Source of the DNA: Camelus ferus
Lineage: Eukaryota
Direction: 5' to 3'
Assembly: GCF_009834535.1 (NCBI RefSeq)
Contig: NC_045697.1
Coordinates: forward strand, 5,706,001 to 5,770,000
Length of the DNA: 64,000 nt
Of the stretch, positions 12,763 through 25,200 are shown in pieces. Made by a program: the position numbers and the translations under genes. Below the pieces are notes generated by a model that was not told where the DNA came from, ran no database searches, and worked only from the letters and a program-made list of their open reading frames with translations. The first letter of the stretch is position 1, and each line of letters starts with the position of its first letter.

Positions 12763-12940
12763 TGTTGGGGTCGAGCGGTTCTTGTCACAGAAGGAATTCA
12801 GAGACAAGACGCGGAGGTTAAGAAAGCAAAGCAAGGATTTATTAAGAGAGAGGTAGTATGCTCTCAAGGAAAGAGCAGGCAGACCCAGGTGGGTGGCTGC
12901 CTTGGCAAGCGTGTTATGTGAGTGTAAAAATGAATGGCCT
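12763..12940 (-). mobile_element. Truncated ERV1-type LTR (R/U5 end), related to the LTR at 50734-51361
   Basis: The reverse complement has AATAAA, ends in CA, and aligns by eye with 51170-51335 (ggcagcc...cttgaga...tactac...ctttgctt...cttgtctctga...gacaagaacc). Confidence 0.65.
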
Positions 12941-15515
12941 GAAGCCTGGCGCAAGTGAATGTGGTCAGCAACCTGGCCACTACCTGGTCTCCCTGCGCCC
13001 TGCCAGATCTCACTGAATGGCTGTGGGAAACCAGTTCTGTTGTTTTTTTAAATGCAGTTTCATTGTAACTGCAGCCCCCTAAACGGAGGCTGCTCTCCAT
13101 GAAGCCGGCTGGCTGTTGGCAAACCTCTCACCTAAATCACAGTTAGACCCCTGAGGCATTTGTTTCTCTCACTTCCTCTGGGAACTAGGTATTTCTCAGG
13201 TGGCATCAACAAGCCATGGGCTGGGAGGAAATCAGAGCCAGAATCTGACCGACTCCTGACCTCCTGACCGCTGCTAACAGGAGCCCTTCAGAAGTAACAA
13301 TTCCCAAGAGCCCCAAAAGGAAGCCACGTGCCCTTCAGTCGGGGAGCAAACATAGGAAGTTTTGTTCCTAAGGAACGTTCAGTAACAAACCACTTCAAAC
13401 CCCTAGTTAGTTTTGTTTAGGAACAGTTTAAAAGCATTAAAGGACTGTAGACTTAAGAGGGTAGAGCCATATTTTGTCATTAGAAAAATTCAAAGAAAAT
13501 TTCCTCTGCCTAAATAAATAAATAAATAACCCTGAGTAAAGTACCTGAGAATTAGTCAAATTAGCACCTACATGCTGAGGTAATTGTATTTCGTCTTAAA
13601 TACTGGACTCTAAGGTAACTGTTGACAGCTGATACTTTAAAAAGTGCAATTTTTATTCTCTTAAATAGCCTTTTTGATGCAGATTTGAAGAGCCATCGCA
13701 GTACCTTGTCACCTGCCAGTCCTCTGACCCAGTGGGTTTGGGGTGGAGCAGAAGACTCTGTGTTTTGATGAACAGTGCCCTGCAGTATTTCAGGCCCTGC
13801 ACTGGGGTTGGTGTCCAGAGGAGAGAGCCGGCCCCGCCCCAGGAGGAGAGACAGGCCCCTAAACAAGTGTGGGGGTGTAGTGATGCGGGCAAGTGCAGAA
13901 GAGCCTTTTAAAGAGAGAGGGGCTGAGAGAACATGGCTAAACCTGCCCTGCCGTGTCTGAGGACAAAGAAGGCACCTGGACTGGATCTCTTGGGACCAGT
14001 TGGAGTTCCTCAGCCAGGGGGTAAAGCCACCATAGGCTGAGAGCTGGCCTGGGCAGAGGGAGGTGGGGGATGATGAAGGCAGAACTTAAAGATGGTGGGG
14101 AAGGAACGAAGGGGCTGGAGGGTGGAGAGGACTGTTAATGTTAAGGAGCCCTGACTAGGGGAAGTGAGGCCTCCCCAGGTGTGTCCGGGGAGTGGGAGTG
14201 GGCCAGGCAGAGTTGAAGGGTGCGGGACGCAGGGATGGGTGGAGAAGGGTAGCAAAAGACGCTGCAGGGGCAGAGGTGAGAGGACACAGCTCCCCTCCCT
14301 GGTGAAACGAGCCTCTATGTGCGGAGAGCCCGGCACGCCCTGGTGGTCTTTCTGAGTTCTCTAACCATCATCTTCTCCCTCCATTGTTGCTTCACTAAGC
14401 AAATGATAACCAGGTCTTCAGTTGGACTGGGAGCCTCTGGAGGGCAAGAGCTCCCTTCTCTCCGTTCCTTACACACTGCCCAGCACAGAGAGTGCCTCAG
14501 AGGACGTGTAGGTTTGACCACAGCTTGAATAGATGTCAAAAACAGAACATGTGTGTGGCTTTTTCAAATGTATGTGGGTTCAATACGTTTCCCACCCACA
14601 ATCACACAGGAAGTTTGGGACACACACAACTTAGTAGACGGCAGAAAATGGTTAACGTCCTGAGGGGCTTTCAGAAGACGCTAGGCCAGGGTTAGAAAGC
14701 GGAGAAGTACCTCTGAGCTCCAAGGCGTAGGACAGTATCTCGGAGAAGGTGACCTGTGAGCTGGGGACATGTGGGACAGGTTGGGGAGGAGATGGAGGAG
14801 TGGGCACATGTAGACAGAGCTGCCCTCATGGACCACACGGTGAGGAGAAGCTCTTCTGGGCCCCACACCACGGTGACACTTGCGATGCGCCGTCCCTGCG
14901 CCTGGCCAGTATCGAGCGGGCAAGGATGGTCAGGGTGGTGCCCTTGCACAGACTGAGCCCTGAGGCCTGGTGCCAGTCCAAGCACTGGGAATACCGCTCC
15001 TCCGGCTCCTGGGCCTCCATCCCTGTCGTGGTGGATTAGCAAAGCAGGGCCCTGAAGTCAGACCGCATGCCAGTACAGTCCTGCCCCTGCCCAGCTCTCG
15101 GTACAGCCAGGCGCCCTCCTGCTCTATTTAAACACGAAGGCAGCAGAGGCAGAAAACAAAGGCCGGTAGAGCCCAGAGAGAAGGGGGCAGGCGGGGAGCA
15201 CGGCTGAGGCCACCCCGCACGCCTCTGCACTCTGGTCACAGTCATCAGGCCAGCCTGCAGCTCAGAGGAGTGAGGCGGAGCAGTCCGGCCACAGGCAGCC
15301 CTGCTGCTCTGCGGGGCTCTGTGTGCTCCCTGAAGCCTGGGTACTCTCACGCTGACACTCAGTGTCTTGGAAAGAGGGACTTGGTGGTTGATTGTCGGAG
15401 GGCAGATCAAAGGTTTCCAGACAGACACGTCTTGCTAGACACTAGCCTTTGGCTGTGTTGCTTTTGAGACCGGAGTTCAGTATGATGTCATCCTTATGTA
15501 TTTGTTTCCTTACAG

Positions 15516-15574
15516 TTTGAACAAGAAAATCAGCGCCTAATTGGTGAAATGAACAGCCTGTTTGATGAAGTGAG
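15516..15574 (+). CDS. STX18: STX18 coding exon (exon 8), FEQENQRLIGEMNSLFDEV(R)
   Basis: tttccttacag acceptor, GAG|gtacgc donor, 59 nt, in phase. Confidence 0.96.
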
Positions 15575-16344
15575 GTACGCACGTGGTTGCTTTGTGAGCT
15601 GATGGCCCAGTTTCCAACTTCCCCAGAAACTAGGAACTTCATTCATTTACTTTGGTGCCCAGGCATCCACATGTGGCCCTTGGGCCAAGTGTAGCCCCCG
15701 GGAGCCGTTTCGGGGGTCAAGAAGACGGCCCCAATTCACTGACTCCCCTCAACTTGTGGGCCAGTGCGGTAGCCCCCCGCAGGCTGCCACGAGGCTCCCG
15801 GGTGCTGCCACCCCATCCCAGGGGCTCGGTCAGTGACAGCAAACTGCACCACCTGTGATCACCGCCACGTGGGCGCGGTTTACATTTAACTCCTCTGAGA
15901 TGAAAGGGGACCTCTAACCTGCTGAGCAGTAACAAAATTGGGTCATCGACATAAGTCTGACGTTTTCTTTTGAATCCCCACCCCGTGTCACTGTGGTTGC
16001 GGGGACAGGGCTCAGCGTTAGAGGAGGGTTTGCAGCTGGGGCCCAGGCAGGGGCCCCTCAGGTCAGCTTATGCAAGGGTGGGAGGGTGGATTTCCAAACA
16101 GTCCAGTGCGCCCCACTAAACTGAGGGACATTAAAAGGGAACCAGTGAGTGGCGTGAACCTTCTCTGCCCGTGTTCTCCTCCCCTGAGCCTGACACGGTG
16201 TCCCCTCCCTCTCTCATGGATGACATGGTGTTCCCTCTCCCCTCTGCCTTCACTTAGAAGACATGATTTCTTTGGAAATGTATGACACTGCTGTTAAGAT
16301 CACCAGGTACTAACAGGTAATGTGTAACCTATTTTTTTTTATGA

Positions 16345-16461
<117 letters not shown>

Positions 16462-18728
16462 TAAACTCACCTCAGGGCGTTTCTCCCGAGGTCGTCCGGC
16501 CTCTGCAGCTGGCGCACCCGGTGCCCAGCGCACACGGGGAGGGCCTCCCAGTCCCGGGAGCTGCCTTGGCAAACGGGAGTGGCTCTCCACGGGCCCCTGT
16601 CCTGTGCGGCAGAGCGCCCAGATGAGGGAGGCAGGCGATCTTGGTTCTGGATGCCCTCGGGGAAGCCGGGCAGCCTCTCTGAGCTATGGTTTTTTACCTA
16701 TAAATTGGAGTGACCCTTGCATGGTTGTCGTGAGGTTCAGAGAAGACCCCCCGGAAAGCACCCAGCTCAGTGCCCGGTGGTAGCAGCTTTTCAGTCAGTG
16801 ATGTTACAAGTGCTGACTCGACTGTCTCAAAATACCCTGCCATCTCAGTGTCCTGTCCTCACAGGACACGTGATTGTTCTTGTGAGCGGATTTTCATGTT
16901 ATCCAGCCGATAAATGGCCCAAAATTTTAGACACCTGATAAATTTTCCCTTTTGTTTTTAGAATCCACATATTGTGGAAGAGTTTGAAAGACAAAATCAT
17001 TTTTCTTCACTGTCCCCTTGGCTTAAGATACTCCACTCACAAAATTTCCCCAAAACTACACGGCCAGAGTCAGTCATTGCAAATTGGGTGCATAGAGCTG
17101 TTTGGGTTCGGGGGAGCTGGCCTTTTTGCTAGCACATGGAAGGAACTAGTCTAGGATGTGTGTGCTGATCTTCACTTAGAAGCCCGGTGGCCATCAGTCC
17201 AGCCGCCTGACACAGAACCACTCACGTTTTCCCTCTCACAGCGCCCACTTGTCCTTAGAGGCAGCTTGGTGTGGCGAAAGGAGCCCAGAACCCAGGTGGG
17301 GGCAGACACCCCCACCTGGTTCCCCACGGCGCATCCAGCATCCATCGCGTGAGCTGCGGCTCTCCCGTGCCCCAACGCCCTCTGCAGAAAGGGGCCGAGT
17401 CGCTCTCAGCCACTCTCTCACCGCCGGGAATTGCCTGGCCTGCCACAGGCTCCCGACATGGGAACCGTTGTCATTCTGGGTGTGGCTGCAGCAGGCCTGG
17501 GCAGCGCGCAGAGCCGCTGGCCTGGGGAGCCTGACCGCAGTGTGGCTGACATGCGGTGATACTCAGAGGGCTTGGGTGGCCCAAATGCAGTGAGAGCTGT
17601 TTTACTTTTTGCAGCCATTGCTTCTGCTCCTACACTGAGCCTGATCAACACGGAGTTCTGACTGCCATTCACACTTGATTCTTGGTTGGGGGCTGGTTCT
17701 CGGTTAGGAAGCCACTGTTCCAGAGTTCCAAACGCGTGCCCGGGCCACAGCTCACAGCTGCACACTGCGTCACACCCCAGGGCGGACTGCACAGGGACTT
17801 GAGGGCACAGGCTGAGCCTTACCTGGCCTCCCAGGAGTTGCCAAGACCTGAGAAGAGTTGAGTCTATCTGGGAGTTTTCATCCACATTCAACGTGGTTCT
17901 TCCCGACGTCTCTCATGGGAGCATCGGCTGTGGTCAGTGAGCTCCCACTTGGAGATTCTCCCCAAAAGTGCGGTTACAGAGAGCAAAGCCATCCCTGGCC
18001 CTTCCATCCTTGGACTGTGTGACATCCACTGCTGCAATCAGGTGGCAAAAGGCTGCTTTCCTCTCTGTGGTACTGAGTCAGTCAGGCATCCCTAAAACGT
18101 AAGTGCCCACTTACACCCCCGCCCCACCGCCCTGAGGAGGCCGAGGTGGGCAGTCCTGCTCCCCAGGCCCCGGCCTTGCTCACAGCCTGTGCAGCGGTGG
18201 TGATTAGCCAGGCGCTCCTTAGGCCAGGATCCCATGTGTAAGCTTTCCAGTCATCTGGAGTAAAATTTTTGGCAAACATCCTGCATCCTGTTGTGATTTT
18301 TAAGCTTTAGCTTTTTTTGAGAGAAAACACAGTGATGTGCACCGCACCTTTTGGAAGCCAGCATATGCTTTAAAGCACATGCACTTGGAAGCCCCTGGCA
18401 TGTGGCAGCTGCTCTGCGATCGCAGCTCTTATGTGTTTGTCCTGTATGGTCCGGTGAGAAGACAGGAAGCCAGCAAGCGGGGGAGGGCGCACAGGCACGG
18501 GGTCCAGTTCCAGTCCTGCCACTTGGGTGCTGTGTGACTTGGGGCAAGTTATTAAGCTTCTCTGAGCCTTAAGCTTCCCTTTTGTAAATGGGAGTGTTGC
18601 CTACCTCTCAGGGTGCTGTGAGGATCCACGGGGCCTCACCCTCAGTCAGCGGCAGCTGCTGTTTCTGTCGTAACAGAGACTCGGTGATGGGGCAGCGGCT
18701 GAATTTATGTGCCACTTTTCTTCCACAG

Positions 18729-18809
18729 GAAGCCGAGATTGATAATATTCACCAACTAGTAGTCGGAGCAACCGAGAATATCAAGGAGGGCAATGAAGAC
18801 ATCAGAGAG
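18729..18809 (+). CDS. STX18: STX18 coding exon (exon 10), [28 protein letters not shown]-terminal half of the SNARE motif
   Basis: ttttcttccacag acceptor, GAG|gtgggt donor, 81 nt, phase 0-0. Confidence 0.96.
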
Positions 18810-19410
18810 GTGGGTACCCTCTGGGCCCCGAGTCTGATTTGGAGGGGCACCGAGGCTGGGCGGCAGTGGTCGCCTTGGCGTCAGGGCTGCCTGAGAGCCC
18901 GGCTGGGGCAGAGCCCCAGGGCTGATCTCACAGCTGTGCACTGCTGGTCCCGTTCTGTCCCCGCCAAGCTCGGCCCCTGCAGAGGAGCCAGCTGGGTTGC
19001 ACGCGGTCACTCTCAGCAAGGGTCAGACCAGCTCCCTAAATCCAGGGCAGGTGCCACTGGAGAAGCTTGTTGGACCAGCACCAAGGACCAGAGCCCTGGT
19101 CACTGCTTACGGGGCCTCCACAGTTGACTCTGTGGCATGGCCTTTGTTTTCTGAATGCGGTCCTCGGGTTTGGGTGGATGTAGGACCATTTGTGGACGCC
19201 CTGTCACTGCACTGCTAGGAGACATAAGCCAGGGTAGGAGACACAGTGCTCTGAGCCTGCCTGCAGGGTCTGGACCCTGGGGCGGACAGGAGCTGTTTCT
19301 CCTGGGAGAATTGTGCAAAATTTCCAAAGAACAGCTAAGCAGCGAGGGAAACAGAACCCTTTTGTCTTCTGATAGACTGTAAACCGATTTTTGTTTTGCT
19401 TAATAATTAA

Positions 19411-19599
<189 letters not shown>

Positions 19600-20431
19600 C
19601 CTGCCCTGGCAGCATGGCGCGGTCCTTGTCCTGGTGTCAGACAGGGGTGGGGGGGGGGACACACTCACAAAAGGGACACCCGGACCTGTGCACCCAGACT
19701 GTGCCCATCTAGTAGCTGAGAAAGAAAACGACACAGTTGGAAGTGGGCTGCGTCACAGTCCTGAGGCCACAGGGGGGAAACGGGAGGGTGGCTATCGCTG
19801 CACCTGACCTGAGGCTGTGGGGGGGGGCCGCCCCGGGAGGGAGGGCAGGCCAGGCCCATCCGCCACCGTCTCAGGAGGCGCCAGCCTTTCCCTCCTGGTG
19901 GCTGCAGAAACAGTGCTGGTCAATGCCTTCTCACAGCAGATGATCATTTCTTTGTTCCCCGCGGCTTTTTGTCTGTCTGAGCCAACCAACACATAGATTC
20001 GGTGTGCAGTCCATGAGAAAACCCCCCTCTGCCTTGTGACTCCCATAAATACCGTCGTGACTCCCATAAATACCGTTAAGTCAGCGCATGCGCACCTGCC
20101 TCCTGCCCAGGGAGGGAGCGTGGGGCAGGCCTCTGGGCCACGGCCCGGCTTGCCCAGAACTGCTGCCCCGGCACTCTCCTGCCTGGTGGGCAGGCAGCGG
20201 GGAGGGCCTGACTTCCTGCCACTGGGGCCCACGAGCTTTTGTCCAGAGGGCCTGCTGCTCCCCGCCTCTCCCTGAGCCCCAGGAATCCAGAACGCCTGCT
20301 TGGACTTCGAAGCACAGACGCCCGCGGCCACATCTGTGCAGAAAGCGTCCGGTGTAGGCGGGGCCAGCAGCGTGGGTGCGAGGGCTCCGCGCTGCACAGA
20401 CAGTCCGGGGGCACAGGGATCCTTGTGTTCT

Positions 20432-20437
20432 TTTATT
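20432..20437 (-). terminator. NSG1: Probable distal NSG1 polyadenylation signal (AATAAA on the - strand)
   Basis: TTTATT on +, about 1.6 kb past the NSG1 stop, with UGUA elements upstream on the - strand. Other candidates lie at 20807-20812 and 21733-21738. Confidence 0.65.
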
Positions 20438-20483
20438 TGCAGAGTGAAAATGTTGAAAGTTACATGTGAATGAGTTTACAGTC

Positions 20484-20489
20484 AATAAA
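20484..20489 (+). terminator. STX18: Probable STX18 polyadenylation signal AATAAA
   Basis: First canonical AATAAA I found downstream of the STX18 stop (about 0.9 kb 3' UTR). Confidence 0.7.
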
Positions 20490-22013
20490 ATACACGTCTA
20501 CTAGAAAGTACAAATAGGGTTGCCTTGGCACTGCGTTTACATGGGCTGGAACTGCTGACAGATAACCTCTACGCAGCAGACGTTTTGGCACGTAGTTATT
20601 GCTCTTTGTGCACCCCCACAGCGTCACGACGTCCTTCGCGGCTGCGACTGTAACGCACACCCACTGCTCTGAGGTCATGGCCACTGTTTCCAAACACCCT
20701 TGACAATGACATCTACTGTCTGTTTCAGAAGTGCACTTCAGGGGACAGTAAGGGAGTTGGCCGTGACCACCATGCTTGTTCGTCACAGATCTTGCACTAA
20801 TTGTCATTTATTTTTGATCTACTAAAAAAACAGTGAAACTTGTGACATGTCCACCAGAAACAACACAGTCAAATAACATGGAAGAAAATGTGAATTTTTT
20901 TTTCTATTTAATCGTCTTACACACTTAGTTCATCTAACTGGCAAGTTTGTAAACATACACTTTAATGTCAAGATTCAGACTGAAACGTAATTGTCTTACA
21001 GAGACTGTGAATGTAAATGTCACAGTTGGACTCATAAGGTGCCCCGCCAGCCCCCCTCCCAGCCTTTCTGCCTGCTTCTTACATCAGAGGAGTGACATCT
21101 GTCCCACAGAATAAACACTAAAGTAGCCTTGGCTTACCAGCAATCACTTTTACGTTCCCCGCCCAGCTAACTGATTTAAAACTAATTGCTAATACGGCTG
21201 TCGATGCAAATGTATTTAATAACCAATGTGAACAGAAGGGCTGGTGGGTCTCGTTCCTACCCAGCACATCACAGAGCAAACGGATGCTGGCAGGGGGCCG
21301 GTTCTGCAGCCTGTGGCCCAGGGTCCCCACCTCACATGCCCTGACCCAGACCACAAGCACCAAGGGAAACACGGCCTCCTCTGCCCAGCGGGCCCTCTGG
21401 GCTGAGATGCAGCCTCTGCCCAAGCAGCCCTGCGGCAGCCCCTGCACACTCAGAATGGGCACGGGGAAGGGCAGGGCGCAGCTGTGACCCGCTGGCGTCT
21501 TTCCTTCCTTCCCTGTGCCACTCATTACAGCGCATCCTGGCCATCAGCACTATTGCCCTGGATGGGAGGTGGGAAGAAATGAGAAGGACAGCTTGCTCTC
21601 AGCAACGCAAGGGCTTACTCTAGATATGGCTATGGAGTAAGGTCTGCAAACAGCAAGTGGTTTAAAAAACAATCAGTCCCACAAAATGCATTATTTATCT
21701 GAAGTCCAAACCCCTTGCATATCCAGTGTAAATTTATTTTTTGATAGCATCCAATAAATCCCAGTCAAGTTGCTAAATTAAGATTCCTTTACATGAAAAC
21801 TGGTGTCAGAGCTCTTTAAGCAATGCTGATAGCACTTGATTCTATGCCCGAGGTGGCCTGCAGCAAGTTTGATTTGCAAAGCAGCATCAGCAAACAGAAG
21901 CAGTTGCACCATAAATGAGTAACCTCTAAATTATCAGGAATTATATTTAATGAAATGTCCCTCAAAGTCCCTTTGTTACCTTCAAGTGACACTGCAGGGA
22001 ACTCGCCATCTCA

Positions 22014-22214
22014 CTAAGCGGATTTCTCAGCAGCCTCAGTCTCCTGCTCTGAGAGCTTCTCTTCCGACAGAACTGACATCCATGGTGATACCGAGCGGGT
22101 GATGCTCTGCTTGGCCAAGTTGTAGTGGTTTATGACGGTGTAAAATTTCTCCCGGGCGTTGGAGTCTTGCTCCGCGTAGTAGCTCTCCAAGCCTTCTGGG
22201 ATGCACTGGGTGTT
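22014..22214 (-). CDS. NSG1: NSG1 last coding exon, [66 protein letters not shown]
   Basis: tcttgtctttcag acceptor, 201 nt (66 aa + TAG, followed directly by TGA). Recognised NEEP21 C-terminus. Confidence 0.97.
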   Translation of the reverse strand, partial: NTQCIPEGLESYYAEQDSNAREKFYTVINHYNLAKQSITRSVSPWMSVLSEEKLSEQETEAAEKSA

Positions 22215-25200
22215 CTGAAAGACAAGAGGCTGCTAAGATGCCGATGCAAGATGGACGCCCAGGTGTCTCCATTAGCACCCAACCTGTCGTCACTGCGCAT
22301 CTCCCCGGGCTTGGAGGAGATTCGGTGATGAGTCAGCGCTGACGGCCCGGTGCTGACTACATGGTGACAGGAGGGATGTCTGTGACAAGGCCATGGCGGT
22401 GGGACTTGCACAGCGGGCCTTCCTGCTTCACTCATGATCTTACACTAGCTGTCATTTGTTTTACATCTATTAGAAAACAATGGGAATTCTTATGTGTCCA
22501 CCAAAAACAATGTATTCAAATAAGGAAGGAAGGGAATCCATAAAAGTCTTCCTGGTGGCTGGGTCAGCGGGGGATGGGGAGGGGGCACACTTGAGGCAAA
22601 GGAGATGGGCCTTCAAGGCGGGAGGATGGATGCAGGCTGGAGCAGAGGGCAAGGAGCCGCAGGACGAAAACACTGGGAAGGAGGCAAGGGTCAGGGCCTC
22701 TAGGGAGTTGTGTGACCCTGGATCCCGAGCCCAGCAGGAAGCCACGAGGCCCCTACGAAGGCACGCTGAGTGGGGGACCATCCCAGCAGCTGTCCACAAG
22801 GGACAAGGCGCCTTCCCTACTGACCACGGGACCCTGGGGAGGCCGGGGGCGTGGAGATCCGTTCACAGCTCTCATCTGCTCATTGCGGGCATAGGGCCCC
22901 AAGAAAGACAGGCTGCCTTTCCTTGTCACTCCAGGAGCCAGGCTATGCCACTGCCCACTGCTGTCTCCACACGTCCCTCACCAAGCCCACGAGGAAGGGG
23001 TGGCAGGCTCCCAACTGTCCCCCACCACCCACTCTCCCAGAGGTTAAGTGGGCATGTGGCACCCAGCTCAGCCCTCCTGGTAGCCAGCTGAGGCCATGGA
23101 ACTAACTTCTGGCCAATTGGATGTGACAGCAGGTTCAGAGGGCCCCCAACAGGGAGGCCGCCTGGCCTCCCTGCTCCCATGGCCCCCCTCAGTGGCTCTG
23201 ACCACCCAGGGAGGGCCAACTCCCCGGGGGCTGGCCACACAGCACAAGACAGAATGGGGGCTCCACGGTGACCTCACGGAGCACCACTGTCTTCCAGCTG
23301 GGGCTTTAATGAGCCCATCTCATTTCACGGAAGCCACATTACTTGTGTCTCTAGGCAATCGAAATGTTATGGGAACGCCAGGGTCTCCTTGTCACATGTG
23401 AAGGGAGACTGCAGTGAAGACGGTCACCAGGAAAAGTTGTGAACCGCCAGATTCCCAGCCCCACCTGCGAGGTCCGGCCCAGCACCACTGAGCAGCGTCT
23501 CAGCCACGGCCACCCTGCTGGCAGGTGCACAGCCGGGATTCCACCCACTCCCGGGCCCTAGTAAGAAACCCGCTGCTCAGAGCACTCCTAGACCTGCCCT
23601 GGGCAGGCCCAGCGTGGAGACTGTGCCCGGTCTCTGCTGATCCCTGGGCTGGCTGGTGGTGGCTGCCCCCACGTATACGGGCACTGGCCCGGGACGCACA
23701 GGGGACTGTCCTCTGGGAGCCTCGTCCCTGCCCGACCCAGGTTTCCTCAGGCTCCCGAAGCTGAAGGCAGGTTAGCTCTGCCCCACCCCCATTAGAGGGC
23801 TGCTCCCTGGGGTCTTCCTGCAGACCCGAGACCCATCACCATGTCCCAGCCCTGCGACGACGCCGGTGGCCAAGTGCCTTCCAGACACAGCCTCTCTCTC
23901 TCTGAGCTGGCTTCCGTTAGTCCTGTCCCATTGACGTGGCATGTGAGACCAAGAGAGGTGAAGGGACCACAGGGCAGCGTGGGGACCGAGCAGCAGCCTG
24001 GGCCTCCGCTTAGAGCACTCCAGACGCCCCCTGCAAAGCTGCCAACAGGTGACCACTCAGCCCAAAGGCAGAACAGTGAGAAACATGGCAGCGTGCTCCC
24101 CGCACTGGGCAGGACTGTACCCCTGGCAGCCTCAGGTTCAGCCCGCGTTCATCAGGTCCCAGCCCAGGGCACCCGGTCCCAACTCGGCCCTCAGCATCCT
24201 CAGAGGTGGAGGTGGCGGCACCCTGTCTGCAGGGCTTGGGGGTTGGAGGGCCTGCCCGGTAGGAGCTGCTGCGGCAGGAACCAGCTGAGCCTGGGGAACA
24301 CCGCCACCTTCAGGAGGCCCTCTCTGGGCACCAGGCAGTAACGTCACCCACTGAAGCCGGAGGCCCTCCTGGGGTGCAGGTCCTTCTGACACTGCCTGGC
24401 TGCTGCCTGATGTCCGCACAGGGCTGAACAGGTGATTTGTGGAGAGAGAGAAAGGACCACATCTTGGTCTTAGAAAAGCTCCTATTTGAACCAATTTCGA
24501 GGCCTGACCAAGTGTGACCCAGGGGTGTTGTTTCATCTATAAGTGACCGAACCCCCTGGCTACCCGGACAGTTCTAACAGGACACCGAGAAGTAGTATCA
24601 GCCTGAGGTTAACAGGTGTGGCTGGAGGACAGGCTCTCCCACAGGTGAGCTGCCATCAGGCGCAGGAGTCACTCGCGCCAGTCCTGGGTCAGGCGCCAGG
24701 GGACTGCAGGCCCTGCTGAACCTGGCTCTGCCCGCCCTGTGGCCTTCACTCAGGACCCAGGCTCTGCTGCTCTCGGTGGGGTGTGGAGGTCTGGCCTCTC
24801 AGCAGAAGGAAGACGGTGCCACCCAGCTTGGCAGAGGCGATGGCATCAGGCCCGGTCCAGCGCCTGGACCACAAAGCTGCCCCTTCATCACTGCCGGGCC
24901 AGGAAGATGGCAGGGGTGGAGGAGGAGGCGGGTTTGGGGGCAGGGGGTTAGGGAGCTCTGGGGTCTGGCAGCCTGTTCCTCAAGCCGGGGGTGGGGCGGG
25001 GGGCATGGCCCGCAGGCGCCATGGGGGTTCCCCTGTTGGGGCTGCTGGAGCCCCTGCCTCTCAGAGATATGTGGCTCACTGCCGCTGCTTTAGTGAGGAT
25101 GGAAGGGAAATTATAACAAACGCACACCCGACACCACCCTGCCCCACGGAGGACCGGGCTGCTTCTTACCAGCTCACTGACCCTGAAATGTAAGGACTAG

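Noticed and set aside
19074..19096. Second RE1-like sequence ACCAGCACCAAGGACCAGAGCCC
   Set aside because: An extra C breaks the GGACAG core, so it is at best a half-site.
22011..22016. Possible stop-codon read-through in NSG1 or STX18
   Set aside because: NSG1 TAG is followed directly by TGA, and the STX18 stop lacks the TGA-CTAG read-through context.
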